64,000 bases of DNA, from NCBI GenBank assembly GCA_026708565.1, contig JAPOUR010000059.1, positions 24,814-88,813 on the forward strand. The letters run 5' to 3'. A program made the position numbers and the translations under genes. The notes under the pieces are model-generated. The model did not search any database, was not told where the DNA came from, and saw nothing but the letters and a program-made list of their open reading frames with translations. Shown here in pieces: positions 26,638-36,414 of this stretch. Origin of the DNA: Candidatus Dadabacteria bacterium (GTDB taxonomy: Bacteria > Desulfobacterota_D > UBA1144 > Nemesobacterales > Mycalebacteriaceae). Each line of letters starts with the position of its first letter. Within the stretch, counting starts at the first letter, position 1.

Positions 26638-28236
26638 TTACTGTTTTTTGTAAGGTGTCAGCGGAAGAGGGTCTGTTTCAATTCCCGCCTCTTTTGCCCG
26701 TCTTCCGATATTCATCCAGTTCGGGTCAAAGGTGTCGTAGTAAAACCCGGCAAGTCGCCGGACAGTTTTGGGGTTTTTGTTTTCGTATATCCTCCATCCG
26801 GGCCATCCCGGAATTCCGCCCCGCTCTTCAAATCCTTCAAGCCTGCTTACGGGCTGTGGCGAGATAATATGGGTTGCGACCGTGTTCAACTTCCCGCCCG
26901 AATTGAGATGTTCTGAGACAATGGCGCGATCTTGAGGGTCGGCCATAAAATATGAGGGAATGTTTTTGTGAAGGTAGAAATATCCGCCCGAAAATATCTG
27001 GTTTCCCGCAAGCCACAAGACACCGCGAACCTGCGCGCTTGGCAGTTGTGAAAGCTGTTTCGCCGCGCTTATGCCCGGAGTTGTTGAGGCGTTTATGTAG
27101 CGAGTGTAATCGCCGAGGGCAAGTTCCATTTTCGGCAGTTTTCCCAGAAGCCCGGTAAGCGATATACACAAAAAAAGCCCGCAGGCAATGATTCTTGTCC
27201 TGCCGCCCGTAAGACCCGCAAAACCTCCCGCGGCCATCAGTGAAAGTGGAATCACAATGAAGATGTTTCTGTATTCAATTCCTTCAGGAAGCATGTGAAC
27301 AGACAAAACAAGTAAAGCCGCAAAAACCGGGAAAAAAAGCCGTTGCCGCTTTGCCACGCCCGCAAGGGAAATCAGATGAACCCCCAAAGATGCGGTGACA
27401 AGCCAGACAATCCCTTTATGCCACGGAGTAGTATGGCTCGCGAAGAATTCAAGAGTTTGGAAAACGGTTGATATTTGCAGCATCATTGTTACGGAATGAA
27501 AAAACTGCCCCCATGTAAAAAAGTCAACAACTCCCCAGATTGCGATTGAAAGTATCCCGCCCGTAACTGCGGCTTTGCGCCCGTCATCTATGGATATAAG
27601 CCACATCAGCCCCGCCGCGCCCGCAACCGGGGCGTATTGCCACCGGAGGGTTGCCGTGAGTCCCAACAGCAGACCGGTGATGAAGATTTTTTTGCCGTTC
27701 TTCCGCGACATCAGGGCGAGCGCGCCGAAAAATGCGGCGGTGGCGTAGGGTTCGGCAAGAGCCCGTGGCGCAAACGCTATCAGCTCGTACCAGAAAAGCC
27801 CGAAAACAAGCGCGTAGCGCGCGGCATTTTCCGACACGGCGCGGCGGGTGAAAAAATACATTCCGGCGGGTATTGCCATGGATATGAGGGCGTTGAACGA
27901 ATACACAAAGGGAACATAGAAAGACGGTGAATCAAGCCCCGCTGTCTTTGACAGCCATAGCGGCAGGGCGGGGATAGCCGGTATGAGCCAGGAGCGGACA
28001 CCGAACCTGTATTCCCACGGGATAAACCCGTATCCGAAAACCACCCTGTGCGCCTGCTCAAGGTAGTTCATTACCTCATCCGCATAAGCGTGACAGTCGC
28101 AAGTGAGGGCGACAACAAGCCGCATCGCAAACCCCAGAGCCATAAGGCGCGGGAACCACTTCCATATCTTTGTCTTTTCTGAACTTTCAGAGTTTGAAAA
28201 AAGCGAGGACTCGCAAAACTGTCTGATTTTCCTCAT
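26638..28236 (-). CDS. GT-C fold membrane glycosyltransferase (ArnT/PMT-family-like)
   Basis: 533 aa, polytopic, with N-terminal 'LVVALTCD...EQAHRVVFGYGFIPWEYRFGVRSWL', which resembles the ArnT/PMT loop-1 acidic motif region. The start was moved to ATG 28236 because the track ORF runs through a tRNA. Confidence 0.6.
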   Translation of the reverse strand: MRKIRQFCESSLFSNSESSEKTKIWKWFPRLMALGFAMRLVVALTCDCHAYADEVMNYLEQAHRVVFGYGFIPWEYRFGVRSWLIPAIPALPLWLSKTAGLDSPSFYVPFVYSFNALISMAIPAGMYFFTRRAVSENAARYALVFGLFWYELIAFAPRALAEPYATAAFFGALALMSRKNGKKIFITGLLLGLTATLRWQYAPVAGAAGLMWLISIDDGRKAAVTGGILSIAIWGVVDFFTWGQFFHSVTMMLQISTVFQTLEFFASHTTPWHKGIVWLVTASLGVHLISLAGVAKRQRLFFPVFAALLVLSVHMLPEGIEYRNIFIVIPLSLMAAGGFAGLTGGRTRIIACGLFLCISLTGLLGKLPKMELALGDYTRYINASTTPGISAAKQLSQLPSAQVRGVLWLAGNQIFSGGYFYLHKNIPSYFMADPQDRAIVSEHLNSGGKLNTVATHIISPQPVSRLEGFEERGGIPGWPGWRIYENKNPKTVRRLAGFYYDTFDPNWMNIGRRAKEAGIETDPLPLTPYKKQ

Positions 28237-28270
28237 CGGTTCAAGCCATCCAACTTTCCGCCGTCCCCTT

Positions 28271-28355
<85 letters not shown>

Positions 28356-28521
28356 CGGAAGGCACATTATAACGCAACCATACGGCCCCGCCCAATGAAA
28401 AAACTTTTCTTGACAACAACGGGGCGGTGATTATCCTTATAACCGTTGCGGGGCGTGTGAGTGGTTTTGCCACTTCTGCGGTTGTCCTGTTGCGACAAAA
28501 AAACACATTCAGGAGGGTGAA

Positions 28522-28821
28522 ATGGCTTCAAAGGTAAAGTTCAGGCCTCTTCACGACAAGGTTCTTGTAAAGAGATTGGAAGGTGAAGCGAAAACATCGG
28601 GGGGTATCATAATACCCGACACTGCTCAGGAGCAGTCTCAGGAAGGCGAGGTCGTCGCGGTCGGAAACGGCGCGACAGGGCGGGACGGTAAAGTCATAAA
28701 GCCCGACGTCAAGGTTGGGGACATGGTTCTCATCAGCAAATACGGCGGAACGGACATCAACATAGAGGGTGAAAGTCACGTCGTCTTGAAAGAGGAAGAC
28801 ATACTTGCCGTCATCGGTTGA
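28522..28821 (+). CDS. groES: Co-chaperonin GroES
   Basis: '[28 protein letters not shown]' over 99 aa. Confidence 0.95.
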   Translation: MASKVKFRPLHDKVLVKRLEGEAKTSGGIIIPDTAQEQSQEGEVVAVGNGATGRDGKVIKPDVKVGDMVLISKYGGTDINIEGESHVVLKEEDILAVIG

Positions 28822-28849
28822 GACGGCATCCACATAAAAGGAGGAAAAA

Positions 28850-30505
28850 ATGTCTGCAAAAAGCATTCAATTTGACAGAGAGGCGCAGAATCTGATTGTG
28901 TCCGGAGTGAACAAACTCGCCAATGCGGTGAAGGTTACTCTCGGGCCCAGAGGCAGAAATGTGCTTATGGACAAGGCGTTCGGCGCGCCTGCGGTTACCA
29001 AGGACGGCGTCAGCGTCGCCAAGGAAATAGAACTTGAGGACAAGTTTGAAAACATGGGGGCGCAGATGGTAAAAGAGGTCGCTTCAAAAACAAGCGAAGT
29101 CGCCGGAGACGGCACCACAACCGCCACCGTTCTCGCGCAGTCCATCGTTGCCGAGGGCACAAAACTGGTCGCCGCCGGGCATGACCCGATGAAACTCAAA
29201 CGGGGAATTGACAAGGCGGTTGAGAAAGTTGTTGAAAGCATCAGAAAACAGAGCAAACAGACCAGAGACAGGACGGAGATTTTTCAGGTTGCCACCATCT
29301 CCGCAAACGGCGACAGCGACATTGGAAACAAGATAGCGGACGCAATGGAGAAGGTCGGCAAAGACGGGGTTATAACCGTTGAAGAGGGGAGAAGCCTTGA
29401 GACCGAACTTGAGGTTGTTGAGGGAATGCAGTTTGACCGCGGATACCTGAGCCCCTATTTCGTAACCGATTCGGAGCGGATGCTGGTTGAGCTTGAAGAC
29501 CCGTTCATCCTTCTTTTTGACAAAAAGGTGGCCGTGATGAAAGACCTCGTTCCCCTGCTTGAAGAGGTTGCGAGGAATTCAAGCCCGCTTCTTATCATCG
29601 CCGAGGATGTTGAGGGCGAGGCGCTTGCCACACTGGTTGTGAACAAGATTCGCGGCACATTGAAGGCCGCCGCCGTCAAGGCTCCCGGATTCGGCGACAG
29701 GCGCAAGTCCATGATAGAGGACATAGCGACCCTTACTGCGGGCAAGGTCATATCCGAGGAAGCGGGTATGAAACTTGAAAACGCCACGATTGCGGACCTT
29801 GGAAGGGCAAAAAAGGTTGTCATAGACAAAGACAACACCACCATCGTCAGCGGGGCCGGCAAGAAAGCCGACATCAGCGGCAGGATAAATCAGATAAGAG
29901 GGCAAATATCCACCGCGAGCGGCGAGTATGACAGGGAGAAGCTTCAGGAGCGTCTCGCCAAACTTGCCGGCGGAGTGGCGGTCATCAGGGTCGGAGCCGC
30001 GACCGAGGCCGAGATGAAGGAAAAGAAAGACAGAGTGGAAGACGCTCTCAACGCCACCCGCGCCGCCGTGGAAGAGGGCATAGTGCCCGGCGGCGGAGTC
30101 GCGCTTGTGCGCTCAATTGAGTCCCTTGAAGCATTCAAGGGCGCGGATAGTGAGGAGCAGGCCGGTGTCAACATAGTGAAGAGAGCCCTTGAGCAGCCGC
30201 TCAGGGAAATAGCGGGCAACGCCGGGAAAGACGGCTCAATAGTTGTCCAGAAGGTGAGAGAGGGCAAAGGGCCCTTCGGCTTTGACGCCGCGACCTTTGA
30301 ATACGGAGACATGCTGAAAGCGGGAATCGTTGACCCCTCAAAGGTTACGAGATCCTGTGTTCAGAACGCCGCGAGTGTGGCGGGGCTTTTGCTCACCACC
30401 GAGGCGCTTATAGCGGACGCTCCCTCAAGGGAGCCCGAAATGCCGATGGGCGGCGGGGCTCCCCCCATGACCGGGGGTCCCGGCGGCATAGGCGGGATGA
30501 TGTAA
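28850..30505 (+). CDS. groEL: Chaperonin GroEL
   Basis: '[17 protein letters not shown]', '[12 protein letters not shown]', and a C-terminal GGM tail. Confidence 0.95.
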   Translation: MSAKSIQFDREAQNLIVSGVNKLANAVKVTLGPRGRNVLMDKAFGAPAVTKDGVSVAKEIELEDKFENMGAQMVKEVASKTSEVAGDGTTTATVLAQSIVAEGTKLVAAGHDPMKLKRGIDKAVEKVVESIRKQSKQTRDRTEIFQVATISANGDSDIGNKIADAMEKVGKDGVITVEEGRSLETELEVVEGMQFDRGYLSPYFVTDSERMLVELEDPFILLFDKKVAVMKDLVPLLEEVARNSSPLLIIAEDVEGEALATLVVNKIRGTLKAAAVKAPGFGDRRKSMIEDIATLTAGKVISEEAGMKLENATIADLGRAKKVVIDKDNTTIVSGAGKKADISGRINQIRGQISTASGEYDREKLQERLAKLAGGVAVIRVGAATEAEMKEKKDRVEDALNATRAAVEEGIVPGGGVALVRSIESLEAFKGADSEEQAGVNIVKRALEQPLREIAGNAGKDGSIVVQKVREGKGPFGFDAATFEYGDMLKAGIVDPSKVTRSCVQNAASVAGLLLTTEALIADAPSREPEMPMGGGAPPMTGGPGGIGGMM

Positions 30506-30527
30506 TTCCTTCCTTGTTCCGGTAATA

Positions 30528-30571
30528 TAAAAACCGGCGTTGCCCAGCGTGGCGGCGCCGGTTTTTTATTT
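30528..30571 (+). terminator. Rho-independent terminator after groEL (A-tract upstream and T-tract downstream, so possibly bidirectional)
   Basis: AAAAACCGGCG…CGCCGGTTTTTTATTTT forms a GC-rich hairpin followed by a T-run. Confidence 0.75.
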
Positions 30572-30591
30572 TGCCAAACGGAGGCTGAACT

Positions 30592-31821
30592 ATGAACAAC
30601 GGAAGAAGTCTTTTGTTGCCCGCCATTATTGCGGGCGTTGCCGTGGGGGCCGTAACCGGAACCTTCTTTCCGGATACCGGTGTGAAGGCCGAATTTATCG
30701 GCGGCCTCTTTCTTGACCTTCTTAAGATGATGGTCATACCGCTGGTAATGGTCAGCATAACGCTCGGCGTTATGAAGATGCGCGATTTCAAATCCGTCGG
30801 GCTCAAAACCGTTTTGTATTATGCCGTTACAACCGCCGTTTCGGTTACCATCGGTATTTTTGTCGTTTCCCTGATTCAGCCCGGCGGTTCGCCGGAAATC
30901 CTCGGAACCATGACCGATGAAATGAGGTCGGCGGCGGCGATGAAGGTTGAGGGAAAGAATGCGGGCGCCGAAGAGATACTGAAAAGCATGGTAACCCCGA
31001 ACGTCTTTATGTCCGCCACGGAGTTTCAGATACTGCCGCTTATAGTTTTCTCGCTCCTTTTCGGGCTTGCGCTCTCCCGCCTCGGCGTAAAAGAGGCGGA
31101 GCCGCTTGAGCGCGTTCTGACCGCGCTTGACGGCGCGATAATGAAAATCGTTCACTGGGTCATCGCCCTCACGCCGGTGGGCGTCGCATGCATCATTGCC
31201 GCGCGCGTGGGAAAGGCGGGCGGAGGGGATGCGCTGTTTTCAATGGCGGCGGGCATAGCAAAGTATATGCTTGCGGTTATAGCGGGGCTCGGCATCCACG
31301 GGCTTATTGTCCTGCCCCTTGTGCTTTTTCTGTTCGCCCGCAGAAACCCGATTGCCTACGTCAGGCACATGAGCAAGGCGCTACTGACTGCTTTTTCCAC
31401 CGCCTCATCCTCGGCGACCCTTCCGCTCACTATGTCCGGCGCCATTGAGGAGGCGAAGGTGTCGCCGAGGGTGGGGAATTTTGTCCTGCCCCTCGGAGCG
31501 ACGGTGAACATGGACGGCACGGCGCTGTATGAGGCGGTGGCGGTCATATTCATCGCGCAGGTTTACGCCGTGCCGCTTGATTCAACGGCGCTTGTCATAA
31601 TCTTTCTTACGGCCACCCTTGCCGCCATAGGCGCGGCGGGCATCCCAGAGGCGGGCCTTGTCACCATGGTGATAGTCCTCTCAAGCGTGGGGCTTCCCCT
31701 TGAGGGCATAGGTCTTCTGCTGTCGGTTGACTGGCTTCTTGACCGTTTCAGAACCACGGTCAATGTGTGGGGAGACAGCGTGGGTGCCGCCGTGATAGAC
31801 AGGTCTTCGGGAGGCGTTTGA
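30592..31821 (+). CDS. Dicarboxylate/amino acid:cation symporter (DAACS/GltP family)
   Basis: 'NMDGTALYEAVAVIFIAQ' and 'VNVWGDSVGAAVI' are conserved DAACS motifs. Confidence 0.85.
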   Translation: MNNGRSLLLPAIIAGVAVGAVTGTFFPDTGVKAEFIGGLFLDLLKMMVIPLVMVSITLGVMKMRDFKSVGLKTVLYYAVTTAVSVTIGIFVVSLIQPGGSPEILGTMTDEMRSAAAMKVEGKNAGAEEILKSMVTPNVFMSATEFQILPLIVFSLLFGLALSRLGVKEAEPLERVLTALDGAIMKIVHWVIALTPVGVACIIAARVGKAGGGDALFSMAAGIAKYMLAVIAGLGIHGLIVLPLVLFLFARRNPIAYVRHMSKALLTAFSTASSSATLPLTMSGAIEEAKVSPRVGNFVLPLGATVNMDGTALYEAVAVIFIAQVYAVPLDSTALVIIFLTATLAAIGAAGIPEAGLVTMVIVLSSVGLPLEGIGLLLSVDWLLDRFRTTVNVWGDSVGAAVIDRSSGGV

Positions 31822-31829
31822 CGCAGGCG

Positions 31830-32897
31830 ATGGACTTTGGCGCTCTGATTGACGCTTTCAGAACGGCGGGCTTTTATGAATACTTCCGCCCTCTGGCCGC
31901 GAGCGCGGTTGCCTTCGTTATTTTACTGGTCGCCGTCAGGTATTTGTCCGCGCGTTTTCGCAGGTTTTCCCGGACAACCGAAAACACCTTTGATGACGCC
32001 GTTGCGGACATCATAAGCGGCACTCACACCTTCTTTGTTCTTGCCGTCTCCGTATATGTCGGCTCCGCATTCCTCGCCCCCGACAGCGCGCGGGCGGAGG
32101 GGATTTTGAGAAATGTTTTCACCGCCGCGCTTGTTGCTCAGGCGGTTTTGTGGTTTGAGGCCATCGCCCGCCATTACATTTCCCGCCGCCACGAGCGGTG
32201 GGGGCTCACCGTCACCCAGTCGCGGGTTGCGATGTTTTTTTTGCGGATGGTTCTGTGGTTTCTCGCCGCGCTTATCCTGCTTGAAAATCTGGGCATCAGG
32301 GTAACCCCGCTTATAGCCGGGCTCGGAGTCGGCGGAATCGCCCTTGCCCTTGCCGTCCAGAATGTGCTCGGCGAACTCATAGCGTCTCTTTCAATAGTTC
32401 TGGACAAGCCGTTTGTGGTGGGCGATTTCATAGTTGTGGGGCAGTTCAGGGGCGAGGTGGAAAAAATCGGTTTCAAGACCACGCGCGTGAGGAGCATATC
32501 GGGCGAACTTGTGGTTTTTTCAAACAACCAGCTTGTTTCCGACACGGTGCTGAACTACAGAAACCTTCCCCGCCGCCGCTGTTTCTTTACTTTCGGGGTC
32601 GTTTACGAGACGGATGCGGAAAAACTGGGGCGCATTCCCGCCATGTTGAAAGATATAATAGACCGCCACCCCATGACGGAATACGAAAGGGTTCATTTTG
32701 TTGAGTTTGCGGATTTTTCGCTCAATTTTGAGGTCGCCTACTACGTCCTGACGAGCGATTACACAACCTATCTTGACGCGCGTCAGGACATAAATCTGGA
32801 GATAGTGAGCAGATTCCGCGAGGAGAAAATCAGTTTTGCCTACCCGACCCAGACCCTGCTTGCGGGAAACAGGGTTGAGGTTGCGGTGAAGGAGTAA
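31830..32897 (+). CDS. mscS: Small-conductance mechanosensitive channel (MscS family)
   Basis: 'LGVGGIALALAVQNVLGELIASLSIVLDKPFVVGDFI' is the MscS pore-helix/beta-domain signature. Confidence 0.85.
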   Translation: MDFGALIDAFRTAGFYEYFRPLAASAVAFVILLVAVRYLSARFRRFSRTTENTFDDAVADIISGTHTFFVLAVSVYVGSAFLAPDSARAEGILRNVFTAALVAQAVLWFEAIARHYISRRHERWGLTVTQSRVAMFFLRMVLWFLAALILLENLGIRVTPLIAGLGVGGIALALAVQNVLGELIASLSIVLDKPFVVGDFIVVGQFRGEVEKIGFKTTRVRSISGELVVFSNNQLVSDTVLNYRNLPRRRCFFTFGVVYETDAEKLGRIPAMLKDIIDRHPMTEYERVHFVEFADFSLNFEVAYYVLTSDYTTYLDARQDINLEIVSRFREEKISFAYPTQTLLAGNRVEVAVKE

Positions 32898-32904
32898 GGG
32901 CGCG

Positions 32905-34296
32905 ATGTCAAAAAAAACGCTTTGGTCGGGAAGATTTTCAGAAGCGCCTCACGGCCTTGCCAGAAGTTTTTCCGCATCCGTGGATATTGACAAAGCCCTT
33001 GCCATGGAAGACATCAGGGGAAGCGCCGCCCATGTGAAGATGCTTGCCGGGCGGGGGATAATTCCCAAAAAAGACGCGGCGCGCATACAAAAAGCCCTGT
33101 CCGAGGTGAAAGCGGAAATAGAGAAAGGGGACTTTCCTTTCAGGGACGAATACGAAGACATACACATGAACATAGAGAAGCGGGTCATTGAAAAGGCGGG
33201 TCCCGCGGGCGGTATGATTCACACGGCGCGCAGCAGGAACGATCAGGTGGTTCTGGACGAGCGGCTTTATCTCAAGTCGCAGACGGCCCTGATACTTGAC
33301 GGGATAGCCGTCCTGTGCGACCGCATAGTCTCTCTCGCCGAAGACTGTTTCGGCGCGGTGATGCCGCTTTATACGCACCTTCAGCGCGCCCAGCCGGTGC
33401 TTGTCTCCCACCACCTGCTGGCGTATTTTGAAATGCTCAAACGTGACCGCGGCAGATTTGAGGACTGTCTCAAAAGGATGGATTCAAACCCTCTGGGCGT
33501 GTGCGCGGGGGCCGGGACGTCTTTTCCCATAGACAGAAAAATGACCGCTCGGCTGCTCGGCTTTTCATCCGTTACGGAAAACAGCATAGACACCGTGAGC
33601 GACAGGGATTTCATGACAGAGTTTGTCTTTTGCTCGGCCGCCCTGACGGGGCATCTGGGCAGGCTGTCGGAGGAACTTGTGCTGTGGTCGTCGGAGGAGT
33701 TCGGTTTTGTTGACCTCGGAGACGCTTTTACCACCGGCTCAAGCATAATGCCGCAGAAAAGAAATCCCGACATAGCGGAACTCGCGCGCGCCAAAGGGGC
33801 GAGAGTAACCGGTAATCTGGTTTCACTGCTTACATTGATGAAGGGTCTGCCGCTTTCATACAACCGCGACATGCAGGAGGACAAACAGCCCGTTTTTGAC
33901 ACCGCCCGGACGGTCGCCGGGACGCTTGCCGTCATGTCGGAAATGCTTGCCGGTTGCCGTTTTAACACCGGAAAAATGAGAGAAAGCCTCTCCGGCGGAT
34001 TTGTTACCGCGACCGACCTGGCGGACTATCTGGCGCGCAGGGGAGAGCCCTTCAGAAGCGCCCACGAAATTGCGGGCAAGGCGGTGGCGCATGCGGAGAA
34101 AAAGGGCAAAGACATAAGCGAACTGTCTCTTTCCGAACTCAGGAAGTTTTCCGGCAGGATTGGCGAAGACGTTTACGATGCGGTCTCAATTGAGGGTTCC
34201 GTGAAAAGCAGAAACTCTCAGGGCGGCACCGCCCCCTCTCAGGTGGGGAGGATGCTGCGCAAAGCGCGGCGCCAGATTTCAAAGTGGGGTTGCTGA
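32905..34296 (+). CDS. argH: Argininosuccinate lyase
   Basis: 'LWSGRFSE' N-terminus and 'GSSIMPQKRNPD' fumarate-lyase signature. Confidence 0.95.
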   Translation: MSKKTLWSGRFSEAPHGLARSFSASVDIDKALAMEDIRGSAAHVKMLAGRGIIPKKDAARIQKALSEVKAEIEKGDFPFRDEYEDIHMNIEKRVIEKAGPAGGMIHTARSRNDQVVLDERLYLKSQTALILDGIAVLCDRIVSLAEDCFGAVMPLYTHLQRAQPVLVSHHLLAYFEMLKRDRGRFEDCLKRMDSNPLGVCAGAGTSFPIDRKMTARLLGFSSVTENSIDTVSDRDFMTEFVFCSAALTGHLGRLSEELVLWSSEEFGFVDLGDAFTTGSSIMPQKRNPDIAELARAKGARVTGNLVSLLTLMKGLPLSYNRDMQEDKQPVFDTARTVAGTLAVMSEMLAGCRFNTGKMRESLSGGFVTATDLADYLARRGEPFRSAHEIAGKAVAHAEKKGKDISELSLSELRKFSGRIGEDVYDAVSIEGSVKSRNSQGGTAPSQVGRMLRKARRQISKWGC

Positions 34297-34641
34297 ACCG
34301 GCCTCAAACTTCACCCTCGGCAGGTCCGACCACAGTCCCTCAAGGTTATAAAACTCGCGCGCCTGCGGGTGGAAAATGTGTATTATCACATCGCCGGTGC
34401 CGATAAGAATCCAGGTTTGCCGGGCAAGCCCCTCCCTGTCCAGAATGCGTATCTTCTTTTCCCTGAGGGATTTTTCCACATGCTCGCCGAGCGCCTTGAC
34501 CGCCCTTTCCGAAGACGCGCTGCATATCACAAAGAAATCCGCTATGCCGCTTCCGCCCCTTGCGTCTATGACGGAAATGTTTTCCGCTTTTTTATCCGCC
34601 GCGCAATGCGCGAGAAAAATTGCCTGCTGTTTGGAAGTTAT
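34279..34641 (-). CDS. rsfS: Ribosomal silencing factor RsfS (Iojap). There is no canonical start codon, so the N-terminus is uncertain.
   Basis: Track ORF 34279-34530 (GTG) encodes 'WILIGTGDVIIHIFHPQAREFYNLEGLW'. The in-frame upstream extension to ~34641 encodes the expected N-terminus 'SKQQAIFLAHCAADKKAENISVIDARGGSGIADFFVICSASSERAV'. That extension contains no ATG/GTG/TTG. It overlaps the nadD stop codon. Confidence 0.7.
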   Translation of the reverse strand: MTSKQQAIFLAHCAADKKAENISVIDARGGSGIADFFVICSASSERAVKALGEHVEKSLREKKIRILDREGLARQTWILIGTGDVIIHIFHPQAREFYNLEGLWSDLPRVKFEAGSATPL

Positions 34642-35303
34642 TTTCGGGGGTCTCCGGTATAGAGTTTGTTCTGCCGTATGAAATCCGCCACCGCAGACGG
34701 GACGAGGCGCTCAAATTCGCCGCCGTCTTTCACCCGGTTTCTTATAAGGGTTGATGAAATATCCGGGGCGTCTATTTTCACAAACCACAGCCGGGAACCG
34801 CTTTTGTGGTTGAAGCGAACCGTCTCCATGCCCTCTCCATCATATAGAAAACAGTCTCTGATTTCAAAAGGCGGCGCGGCCTCCGCGCTGACGCCGCGCC
34901 TTGAGATAACCGCTATGTTTGTTTTCTCAAATATCTCTTCAAAGTCCCTCCACTCCGCAACGGATGAAAAAAGGTCGCGCCCCATCACAAACCACAGAGA
35001 GCCGTTTCCCTCCCGTTCCCTCCACAGGCGCAGAGTTTGCGCCGTGTGGGACGGCGGCCCTCTTTCGGTTTCAATCCGGGAGATTTCAAGCCCTTCCTTT
35101 CCGGCCACGGCGAGCCTCAGCATTTCAAGCCGTTCTTCGGCGGACGCCCCGGCGGCCTGTTCCTTGAGGGGGTTTTGGTAATTCGGAACAAGCACGACCC
35201 TGTCCCCCCCCAGTTTCTCTCTGACCGCGACCGCGGCGGATATGTGCCCGTTGTGAACCGGGTCAAAACTGCCTCCGAACAGAGCGGTTTTACTTGGTTT
35301 CAA
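34638..35303 (-). CDS. nadD: Nicotinate-nucleotide adenylyltransferase
   Basis: 'ALFGGSFDPVHNGH'. Confidence 0.9.
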   Translation of the reverse strand: MKPSKTALFGGSFDPVHNGHISAAVAVREKLGGDRVVLVPNYQNPLKEQAAGASAEERLEMLRLAVAGKEGLEISRIETERGPPSHTAQTLRLWREREGNGSLWFVMGRDLFSSVAEWRDFEEIFEKTNIAVISRRGVSAEAAPPFEIRDCFLYDGEGMETVRFNHKSGSRLWFVKIDAPDISSTLIRNRVKDGGEFERLVPSAVADFIRQNKLYTGDPRK

Positions 35304-36412
35304 AACTCCGGGTAGGCCTCCACAACTATTGTTCCTGACATTTTTGCCACCCGTTCAATCCTCACTCTCCGCGCCCCGCGGACGGCGTCCGTTCCCGGCC
35401 CCGCCACCATGTCCGCGCCGTCTCCCCCGATTATTAAAGGCGAGTAGAAAAAGACCATTTTGTCAACGATTTTTTCCCTTATGGCCGAGGCGGCTATCTT
35501 CCCCCCGCCTTCAATCAGAACCGACCGTATTCCCCGCGCGAAAAGTTTTTTCATCAAATCCTTCAGGCAGACCCCTCCCGCGCCGCCCTTGCGGACGTTT
35601 ATGATTGTCGCGCCCACCCGCTCAAGGGCCTTCGCTTTTTTTCCGTTCGCCCGGTGACGGGCGGCTATCAGAACGCCCTCTCTCGCGAGCAGTTTTGCCG
35701 AGAGCGGTATCCTCAAATCAGTGTCCGCTACCACCGGCGCGGGCTGCCGCGCCGCGCCGACCAGCCTCACGTCCAGCGAAGGGTCGTCCTTTCTGACCGT
35801 TTCAACGCCCACCAGAACCGAGTCGCACCGTCTTCTGAGAGCGTGAGCGGCTTTTCTCTGCGCCGTGTTGCCTATCCACTTGGAGTCTCCCGAACGCGTG
35901 GCTATCTTGCCGTCCACCGATGCGGACAACTTCAAAATGGTGAACGGGAGCTCCTCTGCGGCGTTTTTGAAAAAAATCTCATTCAGCGTCTCGCACCGCT
36001 CCCTGAGCACGCCCGATGTTACGGAAATGCCTTTCTTTTTCAGCGCCGCGCCCGCGTCTCCCGATTTCGGGTTGGGGTCATCGCAGCCGATGACCACCTC
36101 CGATACGCCGCTCTCTATTATCGCTTCGCAACAGGGGGCGGTCTTTTTCCCCTTGTAGCGGCGGGCGCACGGCGCGAGGTTCACATACATTGTCGCGCTG
36201 CGGGGCGAGTTGCCTCTGCGCCGGCAGTCTTCAAGGGCTTCAATCTCCGCATGGGCAAGCCCCGAACCCTTGTGCCACCCGGCGCCGATAATCTCCCCCT
36301 TTTTTACCAGCACCGCGCCCACGAGCGGGTTCGGGCTCACAAGCCCCTCCCCTTTTTTCGCAAGCGCAAGCGCGCGGCTCATAAACTTTTCATGCGTTTT
36401 GTTTTCCGGCAC
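35300..36412 (-). CDS. ribD: Bifunctional riboflavin biosynthesis deaminase/reductase RibD
   Basis: 'HAEIEAL' plus 'PCARRYKGKKTAPCCEAII' form the CMP/dCMP-type deaminase zinc site. A C-terminal reductase domain follows. Confidence 0.9.
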   Translation of the reverse strand: MPENKTHEKFMSRALALAKKGEGLVSPNPLVGAVLVKKGEIIGAGWHKGSGLAHAEIEALEDCRRRGNSPRSATMYVNLAPCARRYKGKKTAPCCEAIIESGVSEVVIGCDDPNPKSGDAGAALKKKGISVTSGVLRERCETLNEIFFKNAAEELPFTILKLSASVDGKIATRSGDSKWIGNTAQRKAAHALRRRCDSVLVGVETVRKDDPSLDVRLVGAARQPAPVVADTDLRIPLSAKLLAREGVLIAARHRANGKKAKALERVGATIINVRKGGAGGVCLKDLMKKLFARGIRSVLIEGGGKIAASAIREKIVDKMVFFYSPLIIGGDGADMVAGPGTDAVRGARRVRIERVAKMSGTIVVEAYPEF

Positions 36413-36414
36413 GG

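Noticed and set aside
28380-28521. CIRCE (HrcA) operator or sigma-32 promoter upstream of groES
   Set aside because: No TTAGCACTC-N9-GAGTGCTAA inverted repeat is present. A CTTGACA…TATAAC pair exists, but the spacing (~22 nt) does not fit sigma70 or sigma32 well.
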